A DNA stretch of 64,000 nt from the NCBI GenBank assembly GCA_016748015.1, contig JAAOMT010000258.1:808173-872172 (forward strand), read 5' to 3'. Positions 37,940 through 52,630 of the stretch are shown in pieces (position 1 is the first letter of the stretch; each line of letters begins with the position of its first letter). This stretch comes from Geosiphon pyriformis uo1. Its lineage: Eukaryota > Fungi > Glomeromycota. The position numbers and the translations under genes were made by a program. The notes beneath the pieces are model-generated. The model was not told the origin of the DNA. It did not search any database and saw only the letters and a program-made list of their open reading frames with translations.

Positions 37940-39654
37940 ATGAGTGAACGTGTTCGAGCCTGGGTTAAAGATGTTTGTGGACAGAAAATTATCAAATTTA
38001 TACCTATTGAGGAGCTCGAAAATCTGACTTGGGAATCAGCTGGAAAGTTTGGGACTGTTTCTACAGCTCATTGGGAGAGATTACGAGATAATGTAGCCGT
38101 CAAATAACTCATATCTAATGAGGGTGATGAAAACAGGGTGTTTGAAATTTGAAACATGAGGTTAAAGTCAACTGACACTAAAAGTGTCAGTTGCCTCTTA
38201 ATTTAGGCTGCAGGCTGAATTTACCTACTTTGTTTTTCCGCTTAAACTTTCAAGCTTCAAATGCAGTTACAATTAGGTTATAATGATCGAATTGTTCGAA
38301 TTCTGGGTCTGAGTCAAGGTAAAAAAAATATAAAGTATTTATTTTCATATATAAACATTTTTCAGTTTGAAATAAATTGATACCTAACTTAAAACTTAAT
38401 TTTCCTAAAATAAACAGATATGACAACTCTCTACTATCTGCTCGTCATGCAATATTGTAATGGAGGAAATTTGCGCCAATATTTAAAGAGAAATTGGGAA
38501 AAACTTACTTGGGAAAACATATTCCACTTAGCTCTTGGAATCGCTGAGGGTATACGATGCCATCATTTAGAAATATCGTACATCGTGATCTGGTAAATAT
38601 TCGCTTCAATTCTCATAATATTACTTCACAGTAATTGTTTAAAAATAATTAAATTGGAATTTCGCAACAGCACTCAAAGAATATCGTAATTCACAATGAT
38701 GAAGCGAAAATTACTGATTTTGGAATATCAATAAGTATTGACACTAAAGAGAGCATACAGTTTCCACTTCTTGGGATGATTCCATACATCGAACCTTTAC
38801 GGCTAAATAATACTAATTATGAACATAATAAGGCCTCCGAAATTTATAGTTTTGGAGTGCTGATGTGGGAAATTTCAAAAGCCCTTTGAGAATAGGTCAG
38901 CTGAGGTGGACTACGAGCTACATTTGGCTTATGATATCTTGAATGGAATTCGGGAAGCAACATTAGATGGTACCCCTCCGGAATATCAAGAAATTTATGA
39001 GAAATATTGGGCACAAAACCCAGAAGACCGACCAAATATTGAAACAGTTGTCGAAAAATTGGAGATGATTTTAGGAAAAAAGCCTAGAAGCTTCAATGCT
39101 GAAGAAGGTTTACCGATTTCCTTCTCCATTTAAACCGAGCTCAAAAAAGTCCTTATACAAAAGATTTTCTACCCTTTTTATTTAGTAGTCCTAAAGAATT
39201 GTCAGATTGAAAAGTGTCAAATCCAAAATATGACTTCCGAGTCTTTAAATTCAGGTTAATGTCTAATTTTAAGCATGTTTAGCATATAAATTAATAGATA
39301 ATCTGATTTTTTTTTCAAAAAGGATATGATTCAGGATCAGAAGCTTTAGCTTTATCCATTGAACTTTCTCCAGAATTTTTGAGGACAATTCGGAAACCTT
39401 CCGAGCAAAAGTCAATAAAAAGCCTCAATTCGACAGGAAATCCTTCCTTTCTGGCTCAAAAAATTGAGACGTCAGAGATCAATCAGGTTCAGCACCCAAA
39501 ACCGCCATCGCTTGCAGAGGAATCCCAAAATAAATATTTTGCAGCTCTATTTTGCATGGCTTGTGATGAAGTTTTTTCAAACTGTGTTCACACAATCTGC
39601 TGCTGTCCTTGTGATCTCAATAATACTTACAAACGAAAAGCCAGAGAAAATTAA
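37940..39654 (+). pseudogene. TKL protein kinase pseudogene (multi-exon) with Cys-rich tail
   Basis: AGKFGTV, VAVK followed by an in-frame TAA, a frameshift before the alphaC Glu, LVMQYCNGGNLRQYL, a frameshift just before HRDL|HSKN, ITDFG, MIPYIEP, IYSFGVLMWEIS, then a frameshift before KPFE; tail CMAC…CVHTICCCPC. Confidence 0.88.
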
Positions 39655-42600
39655 TGCTTATAAGAAACTCAAAATATTCATGAACTAATTATTTAGATAT
39701 TTAGCAAAACAATCAATAATTTATTTCCAAATAAGTGGTTACAATTTAAAATGATAATAACTTGAGCGAAAATTTTTTCAAATGAGCTCACTTAAAAAAA
39801 TAATTAAATATCTTAAAAAAGTTATTAAATAAAATCTTTCAAAGCTGTAGAAATGTATTTGAACATCAAAGAATCTTACAATCTTTAAATTTACTTTCAG
39901 ATTAATTTTGTAATTTTTGAAATAAATAATTGCTAAATTAATTAATAAATTTTAAGCCTAAATAAGAAATTTAAGATTGCTAAACTTTCATTCTTTTAAT
40001 TAATAAATTTATTCTCAAATATTAACTTTTAAATGAAATATTATTATAACTTTAATGTTAGGAATATCACTTTTTCTTTTGAGTTACATTGACAGTAAGT
40101 CTTCTTTATTAATTGCAACTTCTATTTCAGTTTATTCTAAAATTTAAATTGACTTTTGCATGTAAAATCCAAAAAATACTTCAGAATTAATAACAATTCA
40201 TAATATCTAATTAAAAACTTAGTAAAAGCACCAAAAGATTCTCAATATTATGTAAAAAAAACTTTTTTGCATCCTTTTATAGGATATAATTTATGCTTCT
40301 TTGACACATTTTGTATCAATAAAATTTTTTAAAAATAAAATTGAATTCAGAAATTAACTTTATAAGACAGAATTTTTTCTTGAATATATTTTTTAACATC
40401 TTAAAGATTTTTTTGCTTTTAAAGTCGCTTTAATTTAATTTCAAATAAATATTTCAAAATCTCAAAAATATGTTTTTTATAATCAAACAAAACATTGAAA
40501 GAATTTTACAATCTAATTTAGTATACAGAATATTTCAAAAAAATAGCTATAACAAAAACTGTATTTTTCAGCAACACAAAATAATTATATTTTTGCAATA
40601 TTTGTAATCCTAAAAGTTATTTTGTTGTTATTTATATATTACTAGAATAATAAAAATTAATAAATTGAAACAATAAAGAAGGTTTTTAGCAATTGAATTA
40701 AAGATATATCAAAGAATTATAAAAAAGAATAATTGTTTATTATTTGTTTAATAATAAATAACCTTTTTTCAACTGTCTTTGTTTTTAATTCATTTAAAAA
40801 AAAACAATTAAATTTAAAAAATAATGAACTGGCTTTTATATACTCTTAAAACCCAAATTTCGAAGTAAAATTGCACATTTTTTAATTATACTTCTTTCCA
40901 ATTTATCACCATTACTTATAAGTCTAACAAAAATATGGTTATACAATATTATAATTGTAAACATATTTATTGTTTTTAAAATTGAAATTATTTTAGCTTT
41001 TTTAATTTTTAAGGTCTAAAAATTAATTAATTTAATCTTTTATTTTTAAATCTTTATTGGTAATTTTAAATTTAAATACCAAGTTGTTTTTGTTTTAACT
41101 CTTACTTTTATTCAGAGTCTATTGTAAATCTTCTCCAAAGAAATTGAGGTTGCTTTTATTTATCTTTAATTATAATTTTATCATTATTTTATGAAAGTGG
41201 TGAAAGAAAATTGTTGCAGTCTTGGAAATATGATTAGTCACCTTACTACAATAAAATACTAAAGAACTATAATTTTTTTATGTTAAATTCAACAGTGATT
41301 GTTGCTGTTATAATTTAGTTTGAATTGAAATTTTTAAAGCTATTATTATTTAATTCGGATTTCTTGCGTTAAAGATTTCAATAATTAGCAGTTAATTGAC
41401 CAATCAATTATTTATTTGGGATTTGAGTCTGAGTAGCAAACAATGAATTTCATATAATCAATAGTTTTTTCTCGAAACACTCTTAATTTAAAACTTCTCA
41501 CTATTTTGGCGTACTGGAAATATTCTATGCATATAATTTCGAATGGCTGCCTTTTATATAGCAATTATAACATTTATTGCTTTTGTTAATCGAGATAAAC
41601 TATTAAAGATTTACTATTAAAGCCTTTATTATTTATGCTTTTTTAATAAAAATTCTTACTTATTTCTACTTTTTAATCACGACCCAAATTTCTCTCTACC
41701 TTTTCTGGTATTATTCACTTTCTAGTCACTCTTGGATATAGGAGTATTTTGTCTCTTATGCGGTATGGTTATAAATATCTCGTACTACTGTAAATATTTT
41801 ATTTATCTAAGGTTTTAAATTTCTAACCTTTAAATATCTTTTTATTGAATATCTACCGTTATCTTCGCACATATTTTATATATTACCTACTTATTACTCA
41901 AAAATTAAAAATTATTAATTTTCTGTAGATGTTAGATCTATGATTGATTGATACTTGGTACGCGAGTGTTAAGACCTATTACTTCCTTTAGCCGTTTACC
42001 CGGTTATACAGAGAGTGAATGCAAAAAGGCTTTGTTGACATCTTATATTGTTACATTTGTTTTGAAAATCATATTATTGGTGAGTAAATAGAGATCATAT
42101 TTTGAAGTACAAGTTTTTAAAGAAAGTTGGCTAAAAAGTAACTTTGATACATATTTTTTCTTGAATTTATTCCTCATCAAATGTTGCTGGAAATGCCAAT
42201 TATCGTTGTGATAAGAGAGAAACATAGAATATAAAGAAATGAAAGAGTTTTAAGTCTATAAGACTCACATTAATCTCCTCATATTTTTATTTTGTTTTTT
42301 TTTTATTTTAGTATTTCATTAACATTAACTTTGATTTATACATGTTTAGTATTAGTTTAGGCAGTTAATAATAAAATATTTGTTAAACAAAAACAATCCG
42401 TTTTTAAAAAATTAATATTGTGTATTATAATCTGACTAATTTCTATTGAGATCGGGCTAATAAAAGCAAAATCGTAAGGAAAAACTTTTGAAAACTTTAA
42501 AATTGTAGAATCTATAAGTGACTGATAATTACATTATGGAGTAAAGATATTAAAATTTAATTAATTTACTTAGAAATAAAATTTAATTAAAGCTAGGCTT

Positions 42601-44203
42601 ATACAAAATCTTCTGGAATTTGGTGAAACAAAATTTGTTTATGTCAATTTTTATAGAAACAGCAATTAAATTGATTGAATATAGAGATAATTGTTACATT
42701 TTAGATTAATATTATTTTCATAATCTAAATTTAGCCTTCTAACAATTTAATTTGACTTAATTTATTAGAAAGAAAATAGATATTTCAAATTGAAATTGAA
42801 AAGATTTTCAGAAAAATTAAATTTTTTTTATTATTTTAAAAATTACCACATTTATACTTAAAATAAAACAGTCCAAACAAATTTTTATTAGCTTTGTGAA
42901 ATGATTAAAATTTTCTTCCAATTCCCATTAGAGAAATAATTATGGAAAAAGAATTATTATAAAGAAATAAAATTTAATTGGGTAAAAAGAAGAAACAAAA
43001 AAAACTTTTATAAGGCTATATATTTGAATTTTTTGAATTCAATTAAACAAATCAAATTCAAATTCATTTAAATAAAAATGATCAATATCTTTGTTTCTTA
43101 TTTCAAAGAATTAGGAATTTATAATGCTGAAACATAAAACAAAGACAAATCCTTTGGATACAAGAAAAAATGAGAATTCTACTTCTTATTTTATTTATTT
43201 GAAATGTCCTTTGTAAAAATTAAGCTTTTGTCTTTCCTTCAGGTGGTTGTGAAATTCAGAGAATTGGAATTTTTTCATATTTCCAGATTTAATTTGTGAA
43301 TGTCATTAAAATTTCTCATCCTGTTTTAAATAGAATTGCGTGTAATAATATCGTGGTTCAATAATTATAATTTTATCCGGACTTCTCTACCAAACACATT
43401 GTCAGGTTACATTATTGTTTATCAAAAAAAAAGGTTTTTTGCAGGATTAGCAAAAATTAAAGTTCCAGCCAAAAACTAGATTTCGACCTCAATAAGTAAC
43501 CATTTTATGGAGAATGCTACAGATTTTTTCCGAAGCATGATATTATTGTCCATCGTTTAACAAAATCGTTATTACTCGAGTATGGGAACCATAATTTTAC
43601 CAGCGAGTTTCGCGATCTTGAGAAGTTGGTTTCCAATTTAGGAGATTTCATGAATCATAGTATGTAAAATTAAATATCCTTAAAATTATTTTGTCCTTCG
43701 AAACATTTTTGATTTCCGCTAGCTAAATCTTTTACTATTCAGGGACCGAATGATAATTAACTACGGAATAACAGTTAAACTTGTAAAAAAATCAAAAAGA
43801 ATTAATTGGTGATATATCGTTGCAGCTGTACTCAAACATTAGATGCATCAAATCATCTAGTGCATTTGATATTAATTCAAAGCATATATGATTGGGGAGT
43901 TACCCAAGTGTCATGCAACAGCTGAGGAACCTAATTTCAACATGAATGGTGATCTATAATATTAATACTATTTTTTAAAAATGGAATTGTCCAATTCTAA
44001 AATGTATATCATTGATTAGTTTTTATAATGTGTTCAGGATTAATAATATTCAATAATCATATGAGAGGGGTGAATTTAAAAAAGAAACATAAAATTAGAA
44101 AGCTCCCCACAAAATAATCAAAAATTTTTGCCGCTTATTTTAAGCAAAAACAATTCGTGAAAGTCTAATTTATCCTAGACTTTCCGTTTATTACTTTTCT
44201 AAA

Positions 44204-44233
44204 TCATCCTCATCATCATCATCATCATCATCA
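44204..44233. repeat. (CAT)n microsatellite in the 5' region of the methyltransferase
   Basis: tcatcctcatcatcatcatcatcatcatca. Confidence 0.8.
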
Positions 44234-44303
44234 GTCCAATCTTCTCGACTCTCAATCTTTGGACACATATTAACGAAAAGGAAATAAATTTGTTTTAAAA
44301 AAA

Positions 44304-45411
44304 ATGGGTCTTGGTTCTAGTAAATTTAACATTCGTTTAAATCATCATCATCATAATAATCGAGGTGGAGGACAAAATTCAAAGGGTTCAAAGGGTTCAA
44401 ATAATTCCTTATTGAATATAAATGACGACGAGATTGATCGAGTACAGTTACAGCATCATGTTGGAAAATGTTATTGGGGTGCAAATTTTTCAGCACCATT
44501 ATTGGAACAATTGAGAAATGGAGAAGCTAATGTGTTAGATGTTGGGTGGGTATAAAAAAACACGTTTTTTAGTTCACTCTTCTCCTTCTTTTTTCTAGTT
44601 AAAAGATTTCAAAAAAACAAACAAACAAACTTTAACTCTGAATTCCCATCTGTTTAATCTCTAGATGCGGTCCCGCAACGTGGCTGTGTGATATGGCGAC
44701 CGACTTTCGATGTTCAAATTTTTATGGAGTGGATATTGATCGTACGTTTCCCAATCAGCTACCCTACAATGTACAAATAGTGTTAGCTGATATAACGACG
44801 CGGATACCCTTTAAAGACATATTCGACCTGGTCTATATGCGTCACATGTTATCCTATTTCATTGATGCTCAATGGGAAAAAAGAATTATTCCTGAACTCC
44901 TAAGAGTCACCAAGAGTGGTGGGTATATTGAGATTCAAGAGGCGGAGTATGGATTTCAAAGGCCTGGACCAATTTTGGCCGATTTTGAGGCAAAAGGTAA
45001 TTTTAGATTCATTTGGGAAGTTAATATGAATGATTGCCTTGAAGTATTTCAAAGATCTTAACTCTGAGTTTTTCCTTAAATAATATTTTAATTTTCCAAT
45101 CAGGTATCAATATAGTAAGAAAAAGAAGTCGAGATCCATTGTTTATCAGAAGGTTACCAACCTTATTAAATAATACAGGGCAGTTTGGACCAGTTCGTGA
45201 AGAAGAACGGACATATCGATTAGGTCGTTGGGGTGGAGAGCTAGGGGAAATGATGGCAACGAATGTATTTAGTATGCTCTTGTTCGTATTGACGAGAGCC
45301 AAGGTCATCGAGAAGAATGATATACCGAGAATTATGCAGACGCTAAGGACTGAATTAGAAAAGCAGTCAACCACTGTGAAATATTACAGATACTATGCTC
45401 AAAAACTATAG
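44304..45411 (+). CDS. Class I SAM-dependent methyltransferase (LaeA-like/Methyltransf_23 type); 3 exons (44304-44545, 44665-44996, 45104-45411)
   Basis: DEIDRVQLQH…WGANFSAP…VLDVG|CGPATWLCDMA…FYGVDI…FDLVYMR…ELLRVTKSGGYIEIQE. The N-terminus MGLGSSK fits the N-myristoylation consensus. Confidence 0.92.
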
Positions 45412-46911
45412 CATCTGATGAATGAAAATTTTGATGACAAGATTTAATGATATTTTGATGAATCTGCCTCAACTCTTTGGCTTTTCGTCCCAAAAAATTT
45501 CCCACACTTTTTTTATTTAAAATTGATCCAGAAAACTAATTATTTTCTGTTCATAAAATTTTTACTACATAGTATGGTATTATTATTATTAAGTGACCCA
45601 AAAATTTTTACATCCTCTCACTTATTCTATTTTATCTATATCTTAGTAGTAGTAATTTACAATATTTATAATCGAAATCATTCTGCAAGCCAAATTTTAC
45701 ATTCTATATAGCGAGAAACTTTTTTTCCTATTCATGCTGCTTTGCACCCTTAAATATTTTGATCTTCTTAAAAATAATTCTCTCTTTCCAATTCCTTTTC
45801 ACAAAATTTCTTCCCAACTCCCGTTTCAATATGTAAATAATAATAATAATGATAATACTAACTAGTGAATCTTACTCTCCATAAAAATTTTAGTATATGG
45901 TACGTTAGTTACCTAAACACACACACGAAAAGAATTGACTATGCGAAGATCTATATGATAAATCTCAATTTCTACATGACCCCCGAAAATCCATAATACA
46001 AACGTATATCATGAGATTTCCTTTTTATTAATACTTTAGGAAATATTACCCAATAAAATTATTAGCTAGATTTCCAAAATTCAAATGATTGTGATACCTG
46101 AAGATTACACAAGCATATGTAACCGTTAGGCAAACCTGTACCTTGGTTCTATCCACCAATAATAAAATGTTTTTGTTAATGAAATGTAACAGATTAAAAT
46201 TTTTTAGTATATTCATTGGTTCAAATTGTTTGGTTAGTTTGCGACACACGAAACTTTAATTTTTTTCTGTGATTGGATTTAAGTTGAAAATCATAACGAT
46301 TGGTAATTTATGAAAATTTTTCGGTTCAAGAATTTGGACCTTACTAATATAGAAAGGTTAGAGTTCCTGGTACTTATACCAAACACAAAAACCTAGAACA
46401 TATTACAATGTGCATCATTTGAAGCGAATTAAGGAGGTAATTGCAAATTGTAACTTAGCAGTTGTATGTTTAAGGATATTCCTAAAAATGTGCGATTCCA
46501 CAACTTTAGCAAGTTCATATTCTTGTAAACTGTCAGATGGTCTTAGATTTCGATCTTTAATTGGCAAGTATGAAAATATATATTATCCTTTTTCTTTTCG
46601 AGTTCCGGACTAAAAATATTGTTTGCCAATTAAAATTGACACAGTCAATGGTCAAAAGAATCTATTTTGTAAACAAATGCTGTGTTAATATTTTGTTTAT
46701 AAAAATATATAGCAAAGCATAATAAATAGTTACTGAATGAAGAAAAAATCTAATTAAAATATTGTGTTCTATTCATTAAAAATAACAGAAAATTATCTTT
46801 CGAAATAAAATTAAATAAATTTAAATAAGTTTTACAATTACAATAGCTTAAAAATTTAGAAACCTTAGTTTTTGATCAAATTCAGATTTACTCATCTAAT
46901 GGTGAAGTAAT

Positions 46912-46914
<3 letters not shown>

Positions 46915-46952
<38 letters not shown>

Positions 46953-46956
46953 TATT
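46915..46956. repeat. (ATT)n microsatellite
   Basis: Tandem ATT units with one ACT variant. Confidence 0.85.
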
Positions 46957-49900
46957 AACCAAATTTTTGCTGATGGGCATAAATGTTGTATTGTGAATTT
47001 TCAAGCATTTTTCAATTCATTTTTGATTAAATATAAAGTATGCGAGGCACTGGATGCTTCTAGTGAATATAAACTCCAAGTATATTTAACTTTTTTCAGT
47101 TCTAGTGAAAGAACTTATCTTATTGGAGAGTAGTAATATTATATATGTCACAAATATTTTCAAATTAAAATTTTTATGAATATTAGTAAAACAGATTTGT
47201 CTTAACATCATTTAAATTTAAAATACTATTAAAAAGGTGTATTTATTTTTGAAAACAAAGAAATTTTCAAAAAGCATATCATCAAATATATCAAATATCA
47301 CATATTTTTGGTGAAAAGACATAATATTTGAAAGCTCTGGTTATTTAATGATTTTGTTTTATTTTTAAGTTTCTCAATTAAATTAATAAACTTTTATAAA
47401 AATTAAAAATAAATGAAACTATAACATGTCTTTGTAATCATATTTTAGTTAAATGCAAATACTTAAATTTGCAAAAATGCTTTTGATGTTTGATTAATAT
47501 TATTATGAAATTGTATGCTTGAATATTTATCTTCTCAAATTAAAGATTTTTTCACTTGTATATTTTGAAATTCGATTCACCATCAAAATTTCAAAAACCT
47601 GAGGCAAGAGTATAAAGTTTAAAAAAGTTTTTTTTGACAAAACTTTTCAATATTTTTTAGTATAGTTTTAAGCACCTCTTTTAAATAAATTTAAGGCTTT
47701 TGAGGTTCTCTATCAAATCAACTTTTTATAAATAATTAATTTTGGTTATTACTAACAATTTGAGTTATTCATTTTGAAATTAGATATATTTTTAATCAAG
47801 TTTTTAATGATATATAGACTTTTATGCTTAAAAGATCAAGAAGTTTATTTTTTAACTGGTTTTAGTTTATAGATGACATTTATACTTTTCTGAGGTTAAA
47901 TTTCAAACTAAAACGACAAGCATAAAATGTAAACCATCTTGAGAATATTTACAGTTTTATTGCAAAACCAAACCAATATCCCTTACTTATAAGAGTTTCT
48001 TCTAGTAAATTTCTGATAGCCATCAAAAAAACAAAGTGGATTATAAAATTAACCACTCATTGCCAGAAATTTACATTTGGCAACTATTTATAAACCGTTT
48101 CTGTCACCTTAAGGTTTTAAACATTGCTGAATAAATTTTGGGGATAAAACCAAAGATAGGACCATCTAATACAATGATACACCATTTTACAACACTAGAA
48201 AAAATTGAAACAGTCATATGAAATTTAAGTTTAAATATATTTTTTCAGATTTGTCTCAAAAATTTTTTTTTGCTGACAATCAAAGCTAAAAAAATAATAA
48301 ACCTTTTTTTTATGTCATCAGATACTAAAACCTTATTTCAAAATTATAAAATTTCTGAGCCTAATAATATCAAAAATTGTTTTATTCCAAACAACAACAA
48401 AATGACTTTACAACGCGTTAAAGATATTTCATATTTAGAATTAAAACTTTCAAACACACTAAAAATCTATTCTATCAAAATTTTAAGTCCTTTGAAACAA
48501 CTCAATATAATTATTTATGTTAGGATTTGCAAAAGAACATATTTCAAATTCATAATTTCTTTAATATTTTGCCTAATTACAAAAAAAATATAAGGCTTTG
48601 AAAATTTTAAAGTACCATTAATTTATGATGATTCACACAAACAGAGTAACTATAATTTAATAATCACTTTTGGAAAGAGATTTATAATATTATTTATGAT
48701 ATATTTTTTTGAATTGAAGTATTCTAATGATAAATTAAAATATCTCAAAAAAAATAACCAGTTTGTAAAAAATTTTTGAAAACTAATATTATACAAATTT
48801 CATTAGAAATAATAAAAAACAATTTTAAAATGCTAAAAATATTCAAAAATTGAAATATTCAAATATTTTCAAAAACAATTTCATCATTAAAATTATTCTT
48901 GAATATTCTCTTTCCACTTTTTTATGGCTTTCGACAAATTAGATTTTAGACATAGTATTAATTTTAAATACAATGGCTTATTATTTTCAAAATTTATATT
49001 GAACGATAAAATTTATTCAAACAATTTATTATTATAATTTAAAAATGATAATCTTCTTTTATAATACCAGCTATTTTGTAAATTAATTTGTAATTAATTC
49101 TTTTGGAAGCAATTTTTTAATGTCACTTTAAAAATAAATTAATTATTCAAAAATTTTACAATTTAATGTTTAATAATCTGGTTTGAAAAATGTACAACTT
49201 GATTATACGAAAAAATAAAAGCCATAAAAATCAGCAATTTTAAAATTTTAAAATTTTCAAAAGTTACACACTTAATAAACCGCCTTTTTATTGATGTTTC
49301 AGAGGTCCTGGTTACCAGATAGAAGTATTTTCATAATTATTTTATTTCTAGAAAAAAATGCTAAAATGTCAAAAAATCTTTTTCTAGAGGTAAAAGTAAG
49401 CTTCATGCTGATAGCTACAAGAAAAACGCAAAGTTGGATGCCACAATTGTGACAAAAGATAAATGGAGAGTGAGATTTTAACAATAATCTGGATAATAAG
49501 ATGGCATCAAAGATGCATAGAATCAAAATAAACTTGTGAAAACAGATTGATTTTATATACAACGGGCTACCGAATACTCATAAGAGGCAAATAGTTTGTT
49601 ATTGAGCTTCAAAGAAGTGGAGGTATGTTTTCAGATGATTATTTGTTTTTGGTCATGTAAATTTTTCAAAAACCATGACCAGAAATATATATTTTTCGGT
49701 AAATAATCTCATGATAACTTTATTCACTTATGAAAATAAATATTAAGATTCCATTTTTTTGTACTTTATAATATATATACAAAAAACAATTGTTGATTGA
49801 AAAATAAATTTAATTTAGATATCAAAAAGTACATAATTTAATTATTGATTGTTAAATAAATTTGCTTAAAGTGATATTTTGTAAATTAATATGTTTTATT

Positions 49901-52630
49901 AATTGAAATTGATTAAATGCATTGAATGAATCAAATACAGACTTTGAAATTTAAAAAAATTTGAATTGTTAAAATTAACAATATTTCAAATTAGAATAAT
50001 AAGCTAAAAAACAGCCAAGATAAAATAATAAAAGTAATAAAAATAAACAAAAAATTGAATATGTAAATTCAATTAAGAAATTAGTTTTGAAGTATTAGTT
50101 TTTAATTTAAAAATAATTTGTAATTGTTTACAAAAATAATGCAGTTATTATAATTTTGTTTTAGTAATTAAGTTTCATATTATTAAAACTAACTTTTTAA
50201 AAAGAAATTACTGATTTGAACAAATAGATTATGATATTAAAAGATTTAATTATGAAATTTCTAGAAAATAGCATTAAAAAAATTCGAAATTAATTTAAAA
50301 ACCAAAACATTAGCAAAACTTTTATTATAGTATTACAAACTTAAAAAAATTAAAAGCCAAAATGAAAATATTATTTATTTTTTAAATATTTTGTTAGAAA
50401 TAAATTTAGAAAATTATTTTAAAATAATAGAAATATATAATACAAACAAATTCAGATTTAAAAAATTGGTAGTTAATTGAAAAAATTATTTAAATACTAA
50501 GTTATATAAAACAAAATTGCCTAAAATTATTTTTATTTAGAATATTATAACTAATAAGAGATACATAATTAAAAGTGTTTTAAAAAACTGTTTTAAAAAA
50601 TGAGTTTAAATTATTTAATACATGATAATAATATAATATTTAAGTTTAAAAAAATCAAACAAAAAATAAATTAAATTATAAATAAATAAACTTAAAAAAA
50701 TATTATTTATTATATTAAATATTTTAAGTACTTAATATAAATAACTTAAATATATAAAAAAAATATTTACAATATTATGATATAATTAGGTTGTTAATTA
50801 CAAACTTTATAGTTATTTAAAGATAAAACTTTAAAAACAAAAGATTTTTAACAAAAAATTTGAAAACAGTATGACTAATTAATTTATGTTTTGTTTCTAA
50901 AACTATTTAATATTTTTAATTTAAAAATAGATTTATATAATAAAACTAAAGCTTGAATTTTCATAATTTTAGAGTTATATAATTGATAAAATATTTTAAC
51001 TAACATTAAATTTATTAATTATATTTTAACTATTTATAATTGAAAAAAGTTTTAAAAAGAATAGAAAAAATTAATTAATACTGTATAAAGTCTATAAATT
51101 TATTGAATAAAAGCATTTGAAAAAAATTAATCAAAATTAAAATATACAAAAAATTTGGGCATTTTTTTATATTTATTTACAAACAACACAAAAACAAAAT
51201 AATAATAGATTTTTGTTTAATTAATAATTTTTAAATTTGTAATAGCTTAATTAATTAGTTTTTTATTAATAATATTAATAATATTAATAAAAAAACAAAT
51301 TGGTTTAATTTAAAATATTTGTATAGCTGTATGGCTATTATTTATTCAGATAGTATTATTTTACAAAAGTATTAATGATGTAATAAAGCATTAAACTATT
51401 TTTACAGTCTTATATATTCAATTTTTTAATAATTTTTAAGTTCAATTTATAATCATAAATTTTTTTTCAGTTTACTTTATATAGCAATAAATGCTAAAAT
51501 ATCTACTAAAGCAAAAAGACATTTTGTTTGCTATTTTTAGTAATTAAAAAAAAAATATATTAACTTGAAAATAAATTATTAACATAATTACACTAAATAA
51601 ACTTTACTGCTATCTAAAAATTATGTTTTTATAATAATTCTATTGTAAAAAAAACTAATAAACATCTTTATCTTTGTGTATAAAAAATTAATTTTAAAAA
51701 AACAGTTTATAAACTTAGTTTATTAATATTAAAGCTTATTATATTAGCTTAATTATATTAGTAAAATAATTATTAAGAAATAATATAAATATTAAAACTA
51801 ACTGATCTAAGATATTTTTTGAAAAGACTATTTATTATTTGTGTTTTTATGATATATATATATATATAATTATAAGATAATGGTAATATTAAAGTTAGCA
51901 AAAACTAAAGATTTATAACTTACATATATTGAAGTAAAAACTTAAAAATTTGTTAATTATTTTTATAAAAATAAGATTTAATTTAAAAAATTACTATCTA
52001 AAAAATATTATTATTATTAATGTATTTTTTGAAGCTTAATATTAATACAATAGTAGTAAACATATTAGATAAAACCAAAAATATTTGAATTGGTACATAT
52101 GTTAAAAATCTTAGCATTTATTAAATAAAACGGTTTTTAATAAAGAAGACAATGAATAATAAATTATTAAGCATGATATATTTAATCAATTTAATGAATT
52201 TATCCTGTTTATTCACATTGAAAATTTTTTTGATTAAAATTTACTTGTGCATAGTATTTAGCACAGCTTTTATAATCTTATTTTCAAAGAAATATGGGTT
52301 ATTTTTGGTGGATTTTGATTTGAATAAAGAAAACTTCTAAAAAATACTAATATGTTGTTGTATGATAACTGTTTTTTGGAATCTTATTCTTGTTCCTCAA
52401 AAATGAAATTTAACTTGCAGTGGGAATTATTGAAACTTCGAAATAAAATGAGTTTTAATGGACTTGTGTTATATAAAAGTTTTCTGTTAAAAGAACTTTA
52501 AACGATATTAAATGATACTTTTTTAAAAAATTTCCTGCAGCAGGTTGATCATTTCCTAATCAATGCATATTAATATTAATATAAAATTAAAATACCATTC
52601 TTTTTAAAATCAACTTTTCATATCTTATCA

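Noticed and set aside
41280-42060. Possible non-LTR retrotransposon remnant (IDW-like motif on the - strand)
   Set aside because: A single short motif among many stops is insufficient.
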